From Eledone cirrhosa (taxonomy: Eukaryota): a DNA stretch of 64,000 nucleotides. Below, piece by piece: positions 1 through 13,636 of the stretch. The DNA lies in the NCBI GenBank assembly GCA_964016885.1, contig OZ024741.1:268522001-268586000 (forward strand), written 5' to 3'. A program made the translations under genes and the position numbers. Each line of letters starts with the position of its first letter. Position 1 is the stretch's first letter. The notes beneath the pieces are model-generated. The model ran no database searches, was not told the DNA's origin, and worked only from the letters and a program-made list of their open reading frames with translations.

Positions 1-1484
1 GGCTCTTAGAAAACTAGGAGTAGATGAATGGCTACTGAAAGCTGTACAAGACATGTATAGGGGAGCAGTCAGCAAAGTTAGGATTAGCAATGAGTATAGC
101 TAGGAATTTAGCGTACAGGTCGGTGTCCACCAGGGCTCCGTTCTTAGCCCTCTGCTGTTCATCATAGTCCTGCAGGCAATAATGGAGGAGTTTAACACCG
201 GATGCCCATGGGAACTCCTGTATGCAGATGACCTCGCACTTATAGCCTAATCTATGGTAGAACTAGAGAAGAAATTCCAAACTTGGAAGCAGGAACTAGA
301 AAGAAAGCGTCTCAAAGTCAACATGACAAAGATTAAGGTCCTTGTAAGTAGATGAGAAACAGAACCCAGACCCCCTCAGGGAAATGGCCTTACTCAGTAT
401 GTAGGAAAGGTGTAGGTAGGAACTCCATTCTCTGCCCCAAATGCAAACAATGGGTACACAAGAGATGTAGCTGGATCTCAGGAAGCTTAATTAAGAATGT
501 AGGCTTCACATGCAGCAGCTGTGCTGGGACAGCAAGCAGCAAACAGCCACAGGAAACAAGTACCACCAAACTCTGGGAGGGCTCTGTAGAAACAGTAGAC
601 AGCTTCTACTACCTAGGTGACCGAATTAGCAGCGGAGGTGGATGTTCAGAAAGTACAATAACTAGGGTAAGAACGGGATGGAAGAAGTTCAGAGAGCCAC
701 TGCTAGCTGCAAAAGGCTTTTCCCTCAAAATGAAGGGCAGATAGTATGATGCGTGTATACGAACAGCAATGTTACATGGTAGTGAGACCTGGGCGCTGAA
801 GGTGGAAAACTTGCGTAGATTAGAAAGAAACGAAGCCAGCATGCTCTGATGGATGTGTAATAGTAATATACGCGAACGTCAAAACATAAATGAATTGCGA
901 GAGAGACTGAGCATAAGAAGAATCAAATGCTGCGTGCAGGAGAGGCAGTTGCGTTGGTATGGACATGTGATGCGTATGAAGGATGACAGTTACATAAAAA
1001 GGTGCAGAACACTAGAAGTCGATGGAAACCGCGGAGTGAGGAGCCCGAAAAAGACCTGGGATGAGGTGATAAAAGCCTACCTTACCCAATTACACCTCTC
1101 AAAGGTGATGACACACGACCGTGACCTCTGGCGTCACGCAGTAATACAGAAGACCCAACCTCCCACGAGTACATGCCGAAGCTCAAGCATATAGACAATA
1201 TGCCCCCACACCCTCCCACTGCAAAGTGGTTGTGGAGGTGCCACGGCAAAAAAGCACCCAGCCCACACTGTAAAGTGGACGTTTAGGCGCCACAGAAAAA
1301 AAAGCACCCAGCACTCACTGTAAATGAGGTTGGTGTTAGGAAGGGCATCCAGCTTTAGAAATCAAGCCAGAATCAGTTCCCGTATGAACAAGACAAGGTC
1401 AGCCGACCGGACACTGCCCATAACAGGACAACCCGTCTAAATCATGCTAGCGTGGAAGAACAGACGTAAAACGGTGATGATGAT
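1..1484 (+). mobile_element. RTE-clade LINE subfamily A, 3' part (RT end, PHD-type finger, C-terminus, 3'UTR, (GAT)n tail); disrupted by stops; runs off the window start
   Basis: GVHQGSVLSPLLF, ELLYADD, YYLGDRI and LRWYGHVMRM motifs; in-frame stops; ends gacgtaaaacggtgatgatgat then (TA)n. Confidence 0.93.
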
Positions 1485-1579
1485 TATATATATATACATT
1501 ATATATATACATATTATATATATATATATATATTATATTATATTGTTTAACACTGATATATATATACATATTATATATA

Positions 1580-1628
<49 letters not shown>

Positions 1629-1644
1629 ATTGTTTAACAGTTTA

Positions 1645-1675
<31 letters not shown>

Positions 1676-1697
1676 ATATTATATATATATATATATG

Positions 1698-1730
<33 letters not shown>

Positions 1731-2177
1731 ATATATGATATATATATATGATATATATATAATATATATATATGATATATATATAAATATATTATATATA
1801 TGATATATATATATTATATATATATATGATATATATATATATTATATATATATATGATATATATATAAATATATTATATATATGATATATATTATATTAT
1901 ATATATATATGATATATATATATATTATATATATAAGATATATATATAAGATATATATATATGATATATATATATATAATATATATATGATATAATATAT
2001 ATATATATATGATATAATATATATATATATATTATATATATATATATGATATATATTATATATATATATGATATATATATATATATATATGATATATATA
2101 TATATTATATATATGATATATATATATCATATATATATATGATATAATATATGATATATATATATGATATATATATA

Positions 2178-2214
<37 letters not shown>

Positions 2215-2350
2215 GATATATATATATGATATATATATATATATATATATATATGATATAATATATATATATATATTATATATATGATATATATATATAT
2301 TATATATATATTATATATATATATGATATATATATATATATTATATATAT
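1485..2350. repeat. (TA)n block with TTATA and TGATA variants
   Basis: Read directly from sequence. Confidence 0.97.
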
Positions 2351-2520
2351 AGTAATAATAATAAATTAGTAGACTAAAATCCAAGGAGGGCTTGATAAGG
2401 ATAAAAATATATCAAATATATAAGAACCGTACAGCAAATATTTATTAAAATAACAGATTAAATTTTAAGCAAAGAAGCGCTGCTTTCACCCTTAACAGGA
2501 TTTTCTTTGCCATGAACCAA
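2351..2520 (-). mobile_element. PLE-like terminus, family X, short copy
   Basis: Homologous to 6417-6570; AATAAA and the 3' half of a hammerhead-like fold on the minus strand. Confidence 0.6.
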
Positions 2521-2587
2521 ATATATTATATATATATATATATATTATATATATAAATATATTATATATATATATATATATTATATA

Positions 2588-2658
<71 letters not shown>

Positions 2659-2706
2659 ATATATTATATATTATATATATATATATAATATATATATATT
2701 ATATAT

Positions 2707-2740
<34 letters not shown>

Positions 2741-2742
2741 AT

Positions 2743-2774
<32 letters not shown>

Positions 2775-3188
2775 ATATATTATATATATAAATATATATT
2801 ATATATATAAATATATATATATATATTATATATATATATATATATATTGTATATATATATATTATATATATATATATATATATATTGTATATATATATAT
2901 TATATATATATATATATATTGTATATATATATATTATATATATATATATATATATTGTATATATATATATTATATATATATATATATATTGTATATATAT
3001 ATATATTATATATATATATATTGTATATATATATATTATATATATATATATATTGTATATATATATATTATATATATATTAAATATATTGTATATATATA
3101 TATTATATATATATATATTGTATATATATATATTATATATATATATATATATATTGTATATATATATATTATATATATATATATATAT

Positions 3189-3219
<31 letters not shown>

Positions 3220-3277
3220 TGTATATATATATATTATATATATATATATATATTGTATATATATATATTATATATAT

Positions 3278-3308
<31 letters not shown>

Positions 3309-3554
3309 TGTATATATATATATTATATATATATATTGTATATATATATATTATATATATATATATATATTGTATATATATATATTATATATATATTGTA
3401 TATATATATATATATATATATATTGTATATATATATATATATATATATTGTATATATATATATATATATATATATTGTATATATATATATATATATATAT
3501 ATTGTATATATATATATATATATATATATTGTATATATATATATTATATATATA

Positions 3555-3595
<41 letters not shown>

Positions 3596-4219
3596 ATATA
3601 TATTATATATATATATATATTGTATATATATATATTATATATATATATATATTGTATATATATATATTATATATATATATATATATTGTATATATATATT
3701 ATATATATATTATATATATATATATATATTGTATATATATATTATATATATATATATATATATTGTATATATATATTATATATATATTATATATATATAT
3801 ATATTGTATATATATATTATATATATATTATATATATATATATATTGTATATATATATTATATATATATTATATATATATATATATTGTATATATATATT
3901 ATATATATATTATATATATATATATATATTGTATATATATATTATATATATATTATATATATATATATATTGTATATATATATTATATATATATTATATA
4001 TATATATATATTGTATATATATATTATATATATATATATATTGTATATATATATATTATATATATATTATATATATATTATATATATATTGTATATATAT
4101 ATATATATATATTGTATATATATATATTATATATATATATTGTATATATATATTATATATATATTATATATTATATATATATTATATATATATTATATAT
4201 TATATAGATATTGTATATA

Positions 4220-4263
<44 letters not shown>

Positions 4264-4270
4264 ATATATA

Positions 4271-4302
<32 letters not shown>

Positions 4303-4407
4303 TGTATATATATATATTATATATATATATATTGTATATATATATTATATATATATTATATATTATATATATATTATATATTATATAGATATTGTATATA
4401 TATATAT

Positions 4408-4442
<35 letters not shown>

Positions 4443-4449
4443 ATATATA

Positions 4450-4527
<78 letters not shown>

Positions 4528-4546
4528 TGTATATATATATATATAT
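2521..4546. repeat. ~2 kb (TA)n block with TTATA/TTGTA variants
   Basis: Read directly; source of the YI ORFs at 2847-4623. Confidence 0.97.
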
Positions 4547-5814
4547 ATCATCATCATCATCATCAACGTTTAACGTCCGTGTTCCACGCTTGCATGGGTT
4601 TGGACGGGGGTAGTCCCACTTGAGGCAAGAGTGATTGTCTTGCTCGCATAGGACTGTCTGGCAGGTTTTCTACAGTTGGATGCCCTTCCTAACACCAACC
4701 ACATTTACAGTGTGGGTCTGGGAGGTTTTTACCGTGTTGCCTACACGGCCACATTACAGCGTGGACTGTGTGTTTTTTTGTCGTGACACCTACACGATCT
4801 CATTTGTTTCGGCCCGGATGGCGCGGCACCAACATAACTTTACGTAGGACGGGGTGGTGTGGATGGGGTGGGGGTGGTGGTGGTGGGACGGGGTGTATTT
4901 TGTTAGAGATGCCTACTGGCAAGGCGGGTCTTCTCTGTTACTGAGTACCGCCAAAGGTCTCGGTCCAGTGACACCGCCAAAGGTCTCGGTCCAGTGACAT
5001 TGTCTTGGAGAGGTGTAAGTGTGTGAGGTCGGAGTTTATCAGCTCGTCCCAGGTTTTTCTAGGTCTGCCTATTCCGTGGCTACCGTCTATCTTTATTGCC
5101 CTGCACTTTGTTATACAGCTATCGACTTTCATGCGCATCACGTGTCCATACCAACGTAGCCTTCTCTCGAGTAAACAACATCTGATCCCTCTTATCTCTA
5201 ATTTTTTCCTTAGTTCGTTTATGCTTTGCCGTTCACGTATATTACTGTTACACATCCAGCGGAGCATGCAAGCTTCGTTCCTCTCTAGTCTGCGTATATC
5301 CTCTGCACACAATGCCCAGGTCTCACTGCCATGCAACATTGCTGTTCGTATGCAGGCATCGTACAACCTGCCTTTCATTTTTAGGGAGAACCCTTTAGCA
5401 GCTAATAGTGGTATAAGCTCTCTGAACTTTTTCCAACCAGTTCTGACTCTAGCTACAGTACTTTCAGAGCACCCTCCCCCACTGCTGATTTTATCGCCCA
5501 GGTAACGGAAGCTGTCCACTATTTCTATAGAACCCTCTGCGCAATTGAAAGAGCTAGTATTGTGTGGGCACTTGCTGCTACTTATTGCACCAGAACACCG
5601 GCCACATGTAAAATCTATGTTCTTAGTTAGCTTACCTGTGATCCCACTACATCTTTTATGCACCCATACTTTGCATTTAGGACACAAAATGGAGTTTCTA
5701 CCTACGCCTTTCCTACACACCGAGCACGACCATTTCCCAGAAGGGACCGCCGCCTTGTTTTCTTTCCTACAAACTAGAACTTTGGTCTTAGCCAGGTTAA
5801 TTTTAAGTCCTTTT
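4547..5814 (-). mobile_element. RTE subfamily B, 5'-truncated young copy
   Basis: ORF 4938-5720 has the C4HC3 finger, FRYLGDKI, MLHGSETW and LRWYGHVMRM; (CAT)n tail at left. Confidence 0.95.
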
Positions 5815-5835
5815 ATATATATATATATATTATAT

Positions 5836-5916
<81 letters not shown>

Positions 5917-5967
5917 ATATATATATATATATTATATATATATATATATTGTGTATATGTATTGTAT

Positions 5968-6013
<46 letters not shown>

Positions 6014-6274
6014 GTATATGTATTGTATATATATATATTATATATATATATATATATATATTGTGTATATGTATTGTATATATATATATTATATATATAT
6101 ATATATATATATTGTGTATATGTATTGTATATATATATATTATATATATATATATATATATATTGTGTATATGTATTGTATATATATATATTATATATAT
6201 ATATATATATATATTGTGTATATGTATTGTATATATATATATTATATATATATATATATATATTGTGTATATGT

Positions 6275-6310
<36 letters not shown>

Positions 6311-6416
6311 ATATATGTATTGTATATATATATATTAAATATATATATATATATATATTGTATATATATATATTATATATATATATATATATTGTATATA
6401 TATATATTATATATAT
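5815..6416. repeat. (TA)n block containing a ~50-bp higher-order unit (ttgtgtatatgtattgta...ttata...)
   Basis: Unit repeats about six times between 5950 and 6330. Confidence 0.9.
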
Positions 6417-7063
6417 AGTAATAATAATAAAATTGAAAACTAAAATCCAGAGAGGGCTCGATAAGGAAAATATATATCAAATATATAAGAACCGAAGAGC
6501 AAATATTTATTAAAATAACAGATTAAAGTTTAAGCAAAGAATCGCTGCTTTCACCCTTAACGGGATCTTCTGAAACTAACAAAGTCAATCTGTAAACGCA
6601 GAACTGAATATTTCAAAAAACGTTGCAACCGGAGGAAGACAGGAAGACGATACTTTGGTTCATGGTGACGTTCGCTGGCAAAGAACGGGAAAAAACGAAT
6701 AATACGTCATTATTAGGAGCGGTGAAAAACAATTACGTGCAAGGACGGAACCACGTTTATGGTATAAAAGAGGTCGTAGACTAATGTTCTCTAAGTGGTG
6801 CATAGAGACGTTCTCTGGCAATGAACGAAAAAACGAAGGTAATAAGTCATATGTGGAGCGTGGAGAACAACAGCGTGCAAAGACAAAACCACGTAAATGG
6901 TATAGCAGAAGTTGTAGACTAAAATTCTAACTAGGAGACGGAATGAATCTCCGCTACAGAGTTAAGAACAGAGTAAATAAATACAATACAGAAGTAGTAG
7001 GAACAAATAAATACATACACGCAAACAGATACGTACATACACAAGCATACGCAAAACCTTACC
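6417..7063 (-). mobile_element. PLE-like terminus (pLTR-like), family X, longest copy, with ~140-bp internal tandem repeat
   Basis: Three copies in the window; hammerhead-like fold followed by AATAAA on the minus strand; 6668-6784 resembles 6807-6927; no ORF to confirm class. Confidence 0.6.
6518..6593 (-). ncRNA. Type I hammerhead ribozyme-like fold with variant core (CAGAAGA...GAAA...CUU)
   Basis: Stem I ACAGAUUGA/UUAAUCUGU plus AGUUU/AAACU; stem II CCC-GUUAA-GGG; stem III GCAG/UUGC. Confidence 0.6.
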
Positions 7064-7820
7064 ATATATATTGTATATATATATATTGTATATATATATA
7101 TATTTTATATATATATTATATATATATATATATTATATATATATATTATATATATTATATTTATATATATATATATTATATTTATATATATATATATTAT
7201 ATATATATATATATATTATATATTATATATATATATTATATATATATATATTATATATATATATTATATATATATATATTATATATATATATTATATATA
7301 TATATATTATATATATATATTATATATATATATCTTATATATATATCTTATATATATATATTATATATATATATTATATATATATTATATATATATATTA
7401 TATATATATATTATATATATATATTATATATATATTATATATATATATTATATATATATATTATATATATATTATATATATATATTATATATATATATTA
7501 TATATAATATATATATATTATATATATATATATTATATATAATATATATATATTATATATATATTATATATATATATTATATATAATATATATATATTAT
7601 ATATATATATATTATATATAATATATATATATTATATATATATATATTATATATAATATATATATATTATATATATATTATATATATATTATATATATAT
7701 TATATATATATATTATATATATATTATATATATTTATTATATATATATATTATATATATATATTATATATATATATTATATATATATATTATATATATAT
7801 ATTATATATATATATTATAT

Positions 7821-8654
7821 ATCATCATCATCATCATCATCATCAACGTTTAACGTCCGTGTTCCACGCTTGCATGGGTTTGGACGGGGGTAGTCCCACT
7901 TGAGGCAAGAGTGATTGTCTTGCTCGCATAGGACTGTCTGGCAGGTTTTCTACAGTTGGATGCCCTTCCTAACACCAACCACATTTACAGTGTGGGTCTG
8001 GGAGGTTTTCACCGTGTTGCCTACACGGCCACATTACAGCGTGGACTGTGTTTTTTTGTCGTGACACCTACACGATCTCATTTGTTTCGGCCTGGATGGC
8101 GCGGCACCAACATAACTTTACATAGAACGGGGTGGTGTGGATGGGGTGGTGGTGGTGGGACGGGGTGTATTTTGTTAGAGATGCCTACTGGCTGGAGTAG
8201 GTTTTACTATATATTTAGGTAAGGCGGGTCTTCTCTGTTACTGAGTACCGCCAAAGGTCTCGGTCCAGTGACATTGTCTTGGAGAGGTGTAAGTGTGTGA
8301 TGTCGGAGTTTATCAGCTCGTCCCAGGTTTTTCTAGGTCTGCCTATTCCGTGACTACCGTCTATCTTTATTGCCCTGCACTTTGTTATACAGCTATCGAC
8401 TTTCATGCGCATCACGTGTCCATACCAACGTAGCCTTCTCTCGAGTAAACAACATCTGATCCCTCTTATCTCTAATTTTTTCCTTAGTTCGTTTATGCTT
8501 TGCCGTTCACGTATATTACTGTTACACATCCAGCGGAGCATGCAAGCTTCGTTCCTCTCTAGTCTGCGTATATCCTCTGCACACAATGCCCAGGTCTCAC
8601 TGCCATGCAGCATTGCTGTTCGTATGCAGGCATCGTACAACCTGCCTTTCATTT
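7821..8654 (-). mobile_element. RTE subfamily B, 5'-truncated young copy
   Basis: ORF 8215-8652 near-identical to the 4938-5720 ORF; (CAT)n tail. Confidence 0.95.
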
Positions 8655-8713
8655 ATATATATATTATATATATATATTATATATATATTATATATATATT
8701 ATATATATATATT

Positions 8714-8828
8714 ATCATCATCATTATCACCGTTTTACGTCCGTTCTTCCACGCTAGCATGGTTGTCCTGTTGTGGGCAGTCTCTGGTCGGCTGACCATG
8801 CCTTGCTCATACAGGAACTGATTTGGCT
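8714..8828 (-). mobile_element. RTE subfamily A 3' tip
   Basis: Matches 14918-15035 with a small deletion. Confidence 0.9.
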
Positions 8829-8834
8829 ATATAT

Positions 8835-8868
<34 letters not shown>

Positions 8869-9244
8869 ATATATTATATATATATATTATATATATATAT
8901 ATTTTATATATATTATATATATATATTATATATATATATTTTATATATATTATATATATATTATATATATATTTTATATATATTATATATATATTATATA
9001 TATATATTTTATATATATTATATATATATATATGTATATATATTATATATATATATATGTATATATATTATATATATATATATGTATATATATTATATAT
9101 ATATATTTATGAATATATATAATATATATATTTATATATATATATTATATATATATATTATATATATATATTATATATATATATATATATTATATATATT
9201 ATATATATATATATATTATATATATATATATATTATATATATAT

Positions 9245-9276
<32 letters not shown>

Positions 9277-9311
9277 ATATATTATATATATATATATTAT
9301 ATATATATATT

Positions 9312-9488
9312 ATCATCATCATCATCATCATCGTTTAACGTCCCTGTTCCACGCTTGCATGGGTTTGGACGGGGGTTTACCCACTTGAGGCAAGAGTGGT
9401 TGTCTTGCTCGCATAGGACTGTCTGGCGGGTTTTCTACAGCTGGATGCCCTTCCTAACACCAACCACATTTACAGTGTGGGACTGGGA
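9312..9488 (-). mobile_element. RTE subfamily B 3'UTR tip
   Basis: Matches 4550-4722; (CAT)n tail. Confidence 0.9.
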
Positions 9489-9502
9489 TTATTATATATA
9501 TA

Positions 9503-9534
<32 letters not shown>

Positions 9535-9895
9535 TATATTATATTATATATATATATTATATATATATATATTATATTATATTATATATATATATTATAT
9601 ATATATATATTATATTATATATATATTATATATATATATTATATATATATATTATATATATATATATTATATCTATATATATAATATATATATATTATAT
9701 ATATATATTATATAATATATATATATTATATATATATATTATATATATATATATATTTTATATATATATAAATTATATATATATATAATATTATATATAT
9801 TATTTGTATGCATATATATATATATATATATTCGCATGCATATATATATATGTATATATAGATATATATATTCGTATGCATATATATATATATAT

Positions 9896-10148
9896 ATATT
9901 TATTAAAATAACAGATTAAAGTTTAAGCAAAGAATCGCTGCTTTCACCCTTAACGGGATCTTCTGAAACTAACAAAGTCAATCTGTAAACGCAGAACTGG
10001 ATATTTCAAAAAACGTTGCAACCGGAGGAAGACAGGAAGACGATACTTTGGTTCGTGGAAATGTTCGCTGGCAAAGAACGGGAAAAAACGAATAATACGT
10101 CATTAATAGGAGCAGTGAAAAACAATAACGCGCAAAGACAGAACCACG
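9896..10148 (-). mobile_element. PLE-like family X fragment including the variant hammerhead (9911-9986)
   Basis: Near-identical to 6503-6755. Confidence 0.6.
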
Positions 10149-10207
10149 ATATATATATATATATATATATTTGTATGTATATATATATGTATGCCTATGT
10201 ATGTATG

Positions 10208-10278
<71 letters not shown>

Positions 10279-10281
<3 letters not shown>

Positions 10282-10890
10282 ATCATCATCATCGTTTAAC
10301 GTCCATCTTCCACGCTTCCATGGGTTTGGACGGGAGTTTTCCCACTTGAGGCAAGATTTGTTGTCCTGCTCGTATAGGACTGTCTGGCGGGTTTTCTACT
10401 GCTGGATGCCCTTCCTAACACCAACCACGTTTACAGTGTGGACTGAGAGGTTTTTACCGTGTTACCTACACGGCCACATTACACCGTGGACTGTATGTTT
10501 TTTTGTCGTGACACCTACACAACCTCATTTGTTTCGGACTGGATGTTGTGGTACCAACATAACTTTACATTGAAAGGGGTGGTGTGGATGGGGTAGGGGT
10601 AGTGGGACAGGGGTGTATTTTTGTTAGACTGTAGTAGGTTTCACTTTGTACTTAGGTAAGGCGGGTCTTCTGTATTACCGTGTAGCGCCAAAGATCACGG
10701 TCCAGTGACATTGTCTTGGAGAGGTGTAATTTATCAGGTCGTCCCAGGTTTTTCTGGGTCTGCCTACTCCGTGGCTACCGTCTATTTTTATTGCCCTGCA
10801 CTTTTTTATACAGCTGTCGTCTTTCATGCGCATCACGTGACCGTACCAACGTAGTCTTCTCTCGAGTAAACAACATCTGATCCCTCTTAT
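10279..10890 (-). mobile_element. RTE subfamily B-related 5'-truncated copy
   Basis: 3'UTR and C-terminal coding homology to 7821-8470. Confidence 0.92.
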
Positions 10891-10907
10891 TTATATATAT
10901 ATATTTG

Positions 10908-10957
<50 letters not shown>

Positions 10958-11062
10958 ATATATATATATATATTTGTATTATATATATTTATATATATAA
11001 TATATATATATATATTTGTATATATATATATATATTTGTATATATATATATATATTTGTATA

Positions 11063-11640
11063 TTACTCTTTTACCTGTTTCAGCCATCCGGCTGAGGCCA
11101 TGCTGGGACACCGCCCTTGTTGCTACACATTTGATCTCCAGCCTGTATAGGTTGGCCACTGGTATAGGAGGGAGTTTGTTGCTGCTGCCCTTAGGTTTCC
11201 CTCATGTCTTGCGGTGGGCTCATCCGGGATCCTGGATAACAAGGTGTCGAGATGTTTCTTAAAGACATCCACCTCCACGTCATGCAAGTCTCTCAGATGC
11301 CTCGGCAGCCTGTTGAAGAGTTGGGGGCCCTTGAATCTGTCGAGATGTTTCTTAAAGACATCCACCTCCACGTCATGCAAGTCTCTCAGATGCCTCGGCA
11401 GCCTGTTGAAGAGTTGGGGGCCCTTGAATCCCAGGCTATTGCAATACCTGCTCCTTATTCTAGATGTGGAAGACGGGACCTTTGGCACCACACAGTGACG
11501 TCCTGTTCGACGGTTGGTCCAGCTCCCAATGCCAAAGTTTGGTGCTAGTCCCTCCAGGATTTTCCACATGTAGATCACTGCGTATCTCTCCCGTCTTCGC
11601 TCCAAGGAGTAGAGGTTCAGTTCCTTTAGCCTCTCCCAGT
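11063..11640 (-). mobile_element. CR1/L2-group LINE 3' end with in-frame 93-bp duplication
   Basis: WERLKELNLYSLERRRERY...WKILEGL...GPQLFNRLP...FKKHLD...AATNSL C-terminus; short 3'UTR ending gtaaaagagtaa. Confidence 0.85.
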
Positions 11641-11722
11641 ATATATATATATATATTTGTATATATATATATATATTTGTATATATATATATATTTGTAT
11701 ATATATATATATATATATATAT

Positions 11723-12540
11723 AAAGTATTAAAAAAATAATGAATAAAACAATGAAACAGTTCCTTATATTAAACCAAAAAAGTTCATTATTTAACGATC
11801 GTTTCTAGGACATATATGTGTTAGAATTGGCATGCATATTCAACAGATCTATGTACAAAATTATACAAAATTATACAAACTATCAAATTCAATATACATA
11901 CCAACACATACATATGCCGTCTTCAGAAATAATGAAATATATTTATTGATAATAACAACAATTCAAAATTACAGGTCTGTTTGGGAACAGAGTTCAAATT
12001 GACCAATGAAATACACAAAAATATATCAAGAAAATACAGTTAGGTGTGTGTATATATGTAAGTAACTTCGTTCACAGATATGCATAAAAATATATGCTCA
12101 CATGCATACGCATGTCGAAAAGATGTATGTAAATACAAAAATTCAGGGCTAATGTCTCTGTATGTTTATAATCTACAGATAAAATACACATACGTATATA
12201 AACATATATACATTCATATATACACACATATACATACAATCACACACACACACGCATATACGCATAAACATACACATAACCACGAACATACAAACACACA
12301 CACACCCACACACACACACATATATGTATATATTATTACTATAAGCACATGGACATTAAGGCGCGCACATAAGCACTGCCACATATATTTACATCTAGAT
12401 GCAGAAAGTAGGTAAGGGGATCAGTAATTAGTACGGGTGTCAGACAACTGCCTATTTATAAAATGTATCTATAAATTTAGAAATAAAAAGAAATATATTA
12501 AAAAATTATATAAACAGGTAAAATATAAAATACACATCGA
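11723..12540 (-). mobile_element. PLE-like terminus, family Y
   Basis: Hammerhead fold on the minus strand; TA-bounded; no ORF; right boundary approximate. Confidence 0.55.
11784..11936 (-). ncRNA. Type I hammerhead ribozyme with very long helix II
   Basis: UUCAUUAUUU-CUGAAGA-[~115-nt helix II domain]-GAAA-CGAUCG-UU-AAAUAAUGAA; 10-bp stem I; palindromic stem III typical of PLE hammerheads. Confidence 0.72.
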
Positions 12541-12792
12541 TATACATATATATATATATATATATACACATACATATACATATATACACATATATATACA
12601 CACATATATACACACACATATATATAGAGAGACACATACATATACATACATAAATACATAGACACATATACACACACATATATACACACACACATATACA
12701 CAGATATATATATATATACCGTAAACTCTTGGTAGATTTATCTACATATATATGTATATTTGTAGTTATATATATATATTTATTTATATATA

Positions 12793-12856
<64 letters not shown>

Positions 12857-12877
12857 CAAATATATATATATTTATAT

Positions 12878-12923
<46 letters not shown>

Positions 12924-13120
12924 ATACATACAAATATATATATATACAAATATATATATATATTTGTATATATATATATTTGTATATATATATATATGTA
13001 TATGTATGTATATATATATGTATATATATATATATATATATTTGTATATATATATATATATTTGTATATATATATATATGTATATGTATGTATATATATA
13101 TATATATATGTATATATATT

Positions 13121-13157
<37 letters not shown>

Positions 13158-13361
13158 ATGTATGTATATATATATATATATATTTGTATGTATATATATT
13201 GTTATACATTGGGAGGGTCATGTTGCCAATAAGAAACACACGCACCAGTTGCTTTCACTTCAATTTATTATATATTTATAAATTTATAAATTTACAAATC
13301 TACAAACTTATAAATTTTTGGTTGGTTAGTTGGTTCCACAACCAGATAGTTGTTTATATAT

Positions 13362-13406
13362 AGTCATAGTCCTTTCGTCACAGACTCTGTGACCTCTTCA
13401 GTGACT
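13362..13406 (-). ncRNA. Minimal type I hammerhead ribozyme in the PLE pLTR
   Basis: AGUCA-CUGAAGA-G-GUCACAG(AGU)CUGUGAC-GAAA-GGAC-UA-UGACU; stems I and II perfect. Confidence 0.85.
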
Positions 13407-13452
13407 GGGGATTCCTTTCTTTGTTTCTGTGCCTTTCCTTTCTTCTATCCTA

Positions 13453-13510
13453 CGCCATTTTGTTTCTGTGTGTGTGTTGTGTGCTCAGTTTGCGCATGCG
13501 CCACATCCGG
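13453..13510. promoter_or_regulatory. Putative pLTR promoter: YY1, NRF1/EWG and ETS motif cluster
   Basis: CGCCATTTT (13453), TGCGCATGCGC (13491) and ACATCCGG (13503) within 58 bp, upstream of the hammerhead in element orientation. Confidence 0.5.
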
Positions 13511-13636
13511 GTGTCTGTGTGTGTTTGTGTTCATTTATCTATTTGTTTATTTATTTATTTATTTATTGTTGGTTGGTTGTTTGTTCTATGTGTGTGTGTG
13601 TTTTCATTTTGTCCTGTGTGTGTTTTCATTTTGTCC

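Noticed and set aside
13410-13636. SECIS element for a selenoprotein PLE
   Set aside because: No in-frame TGA in the visible ORF and no convincing AUGA/AA/GA stem by eye.
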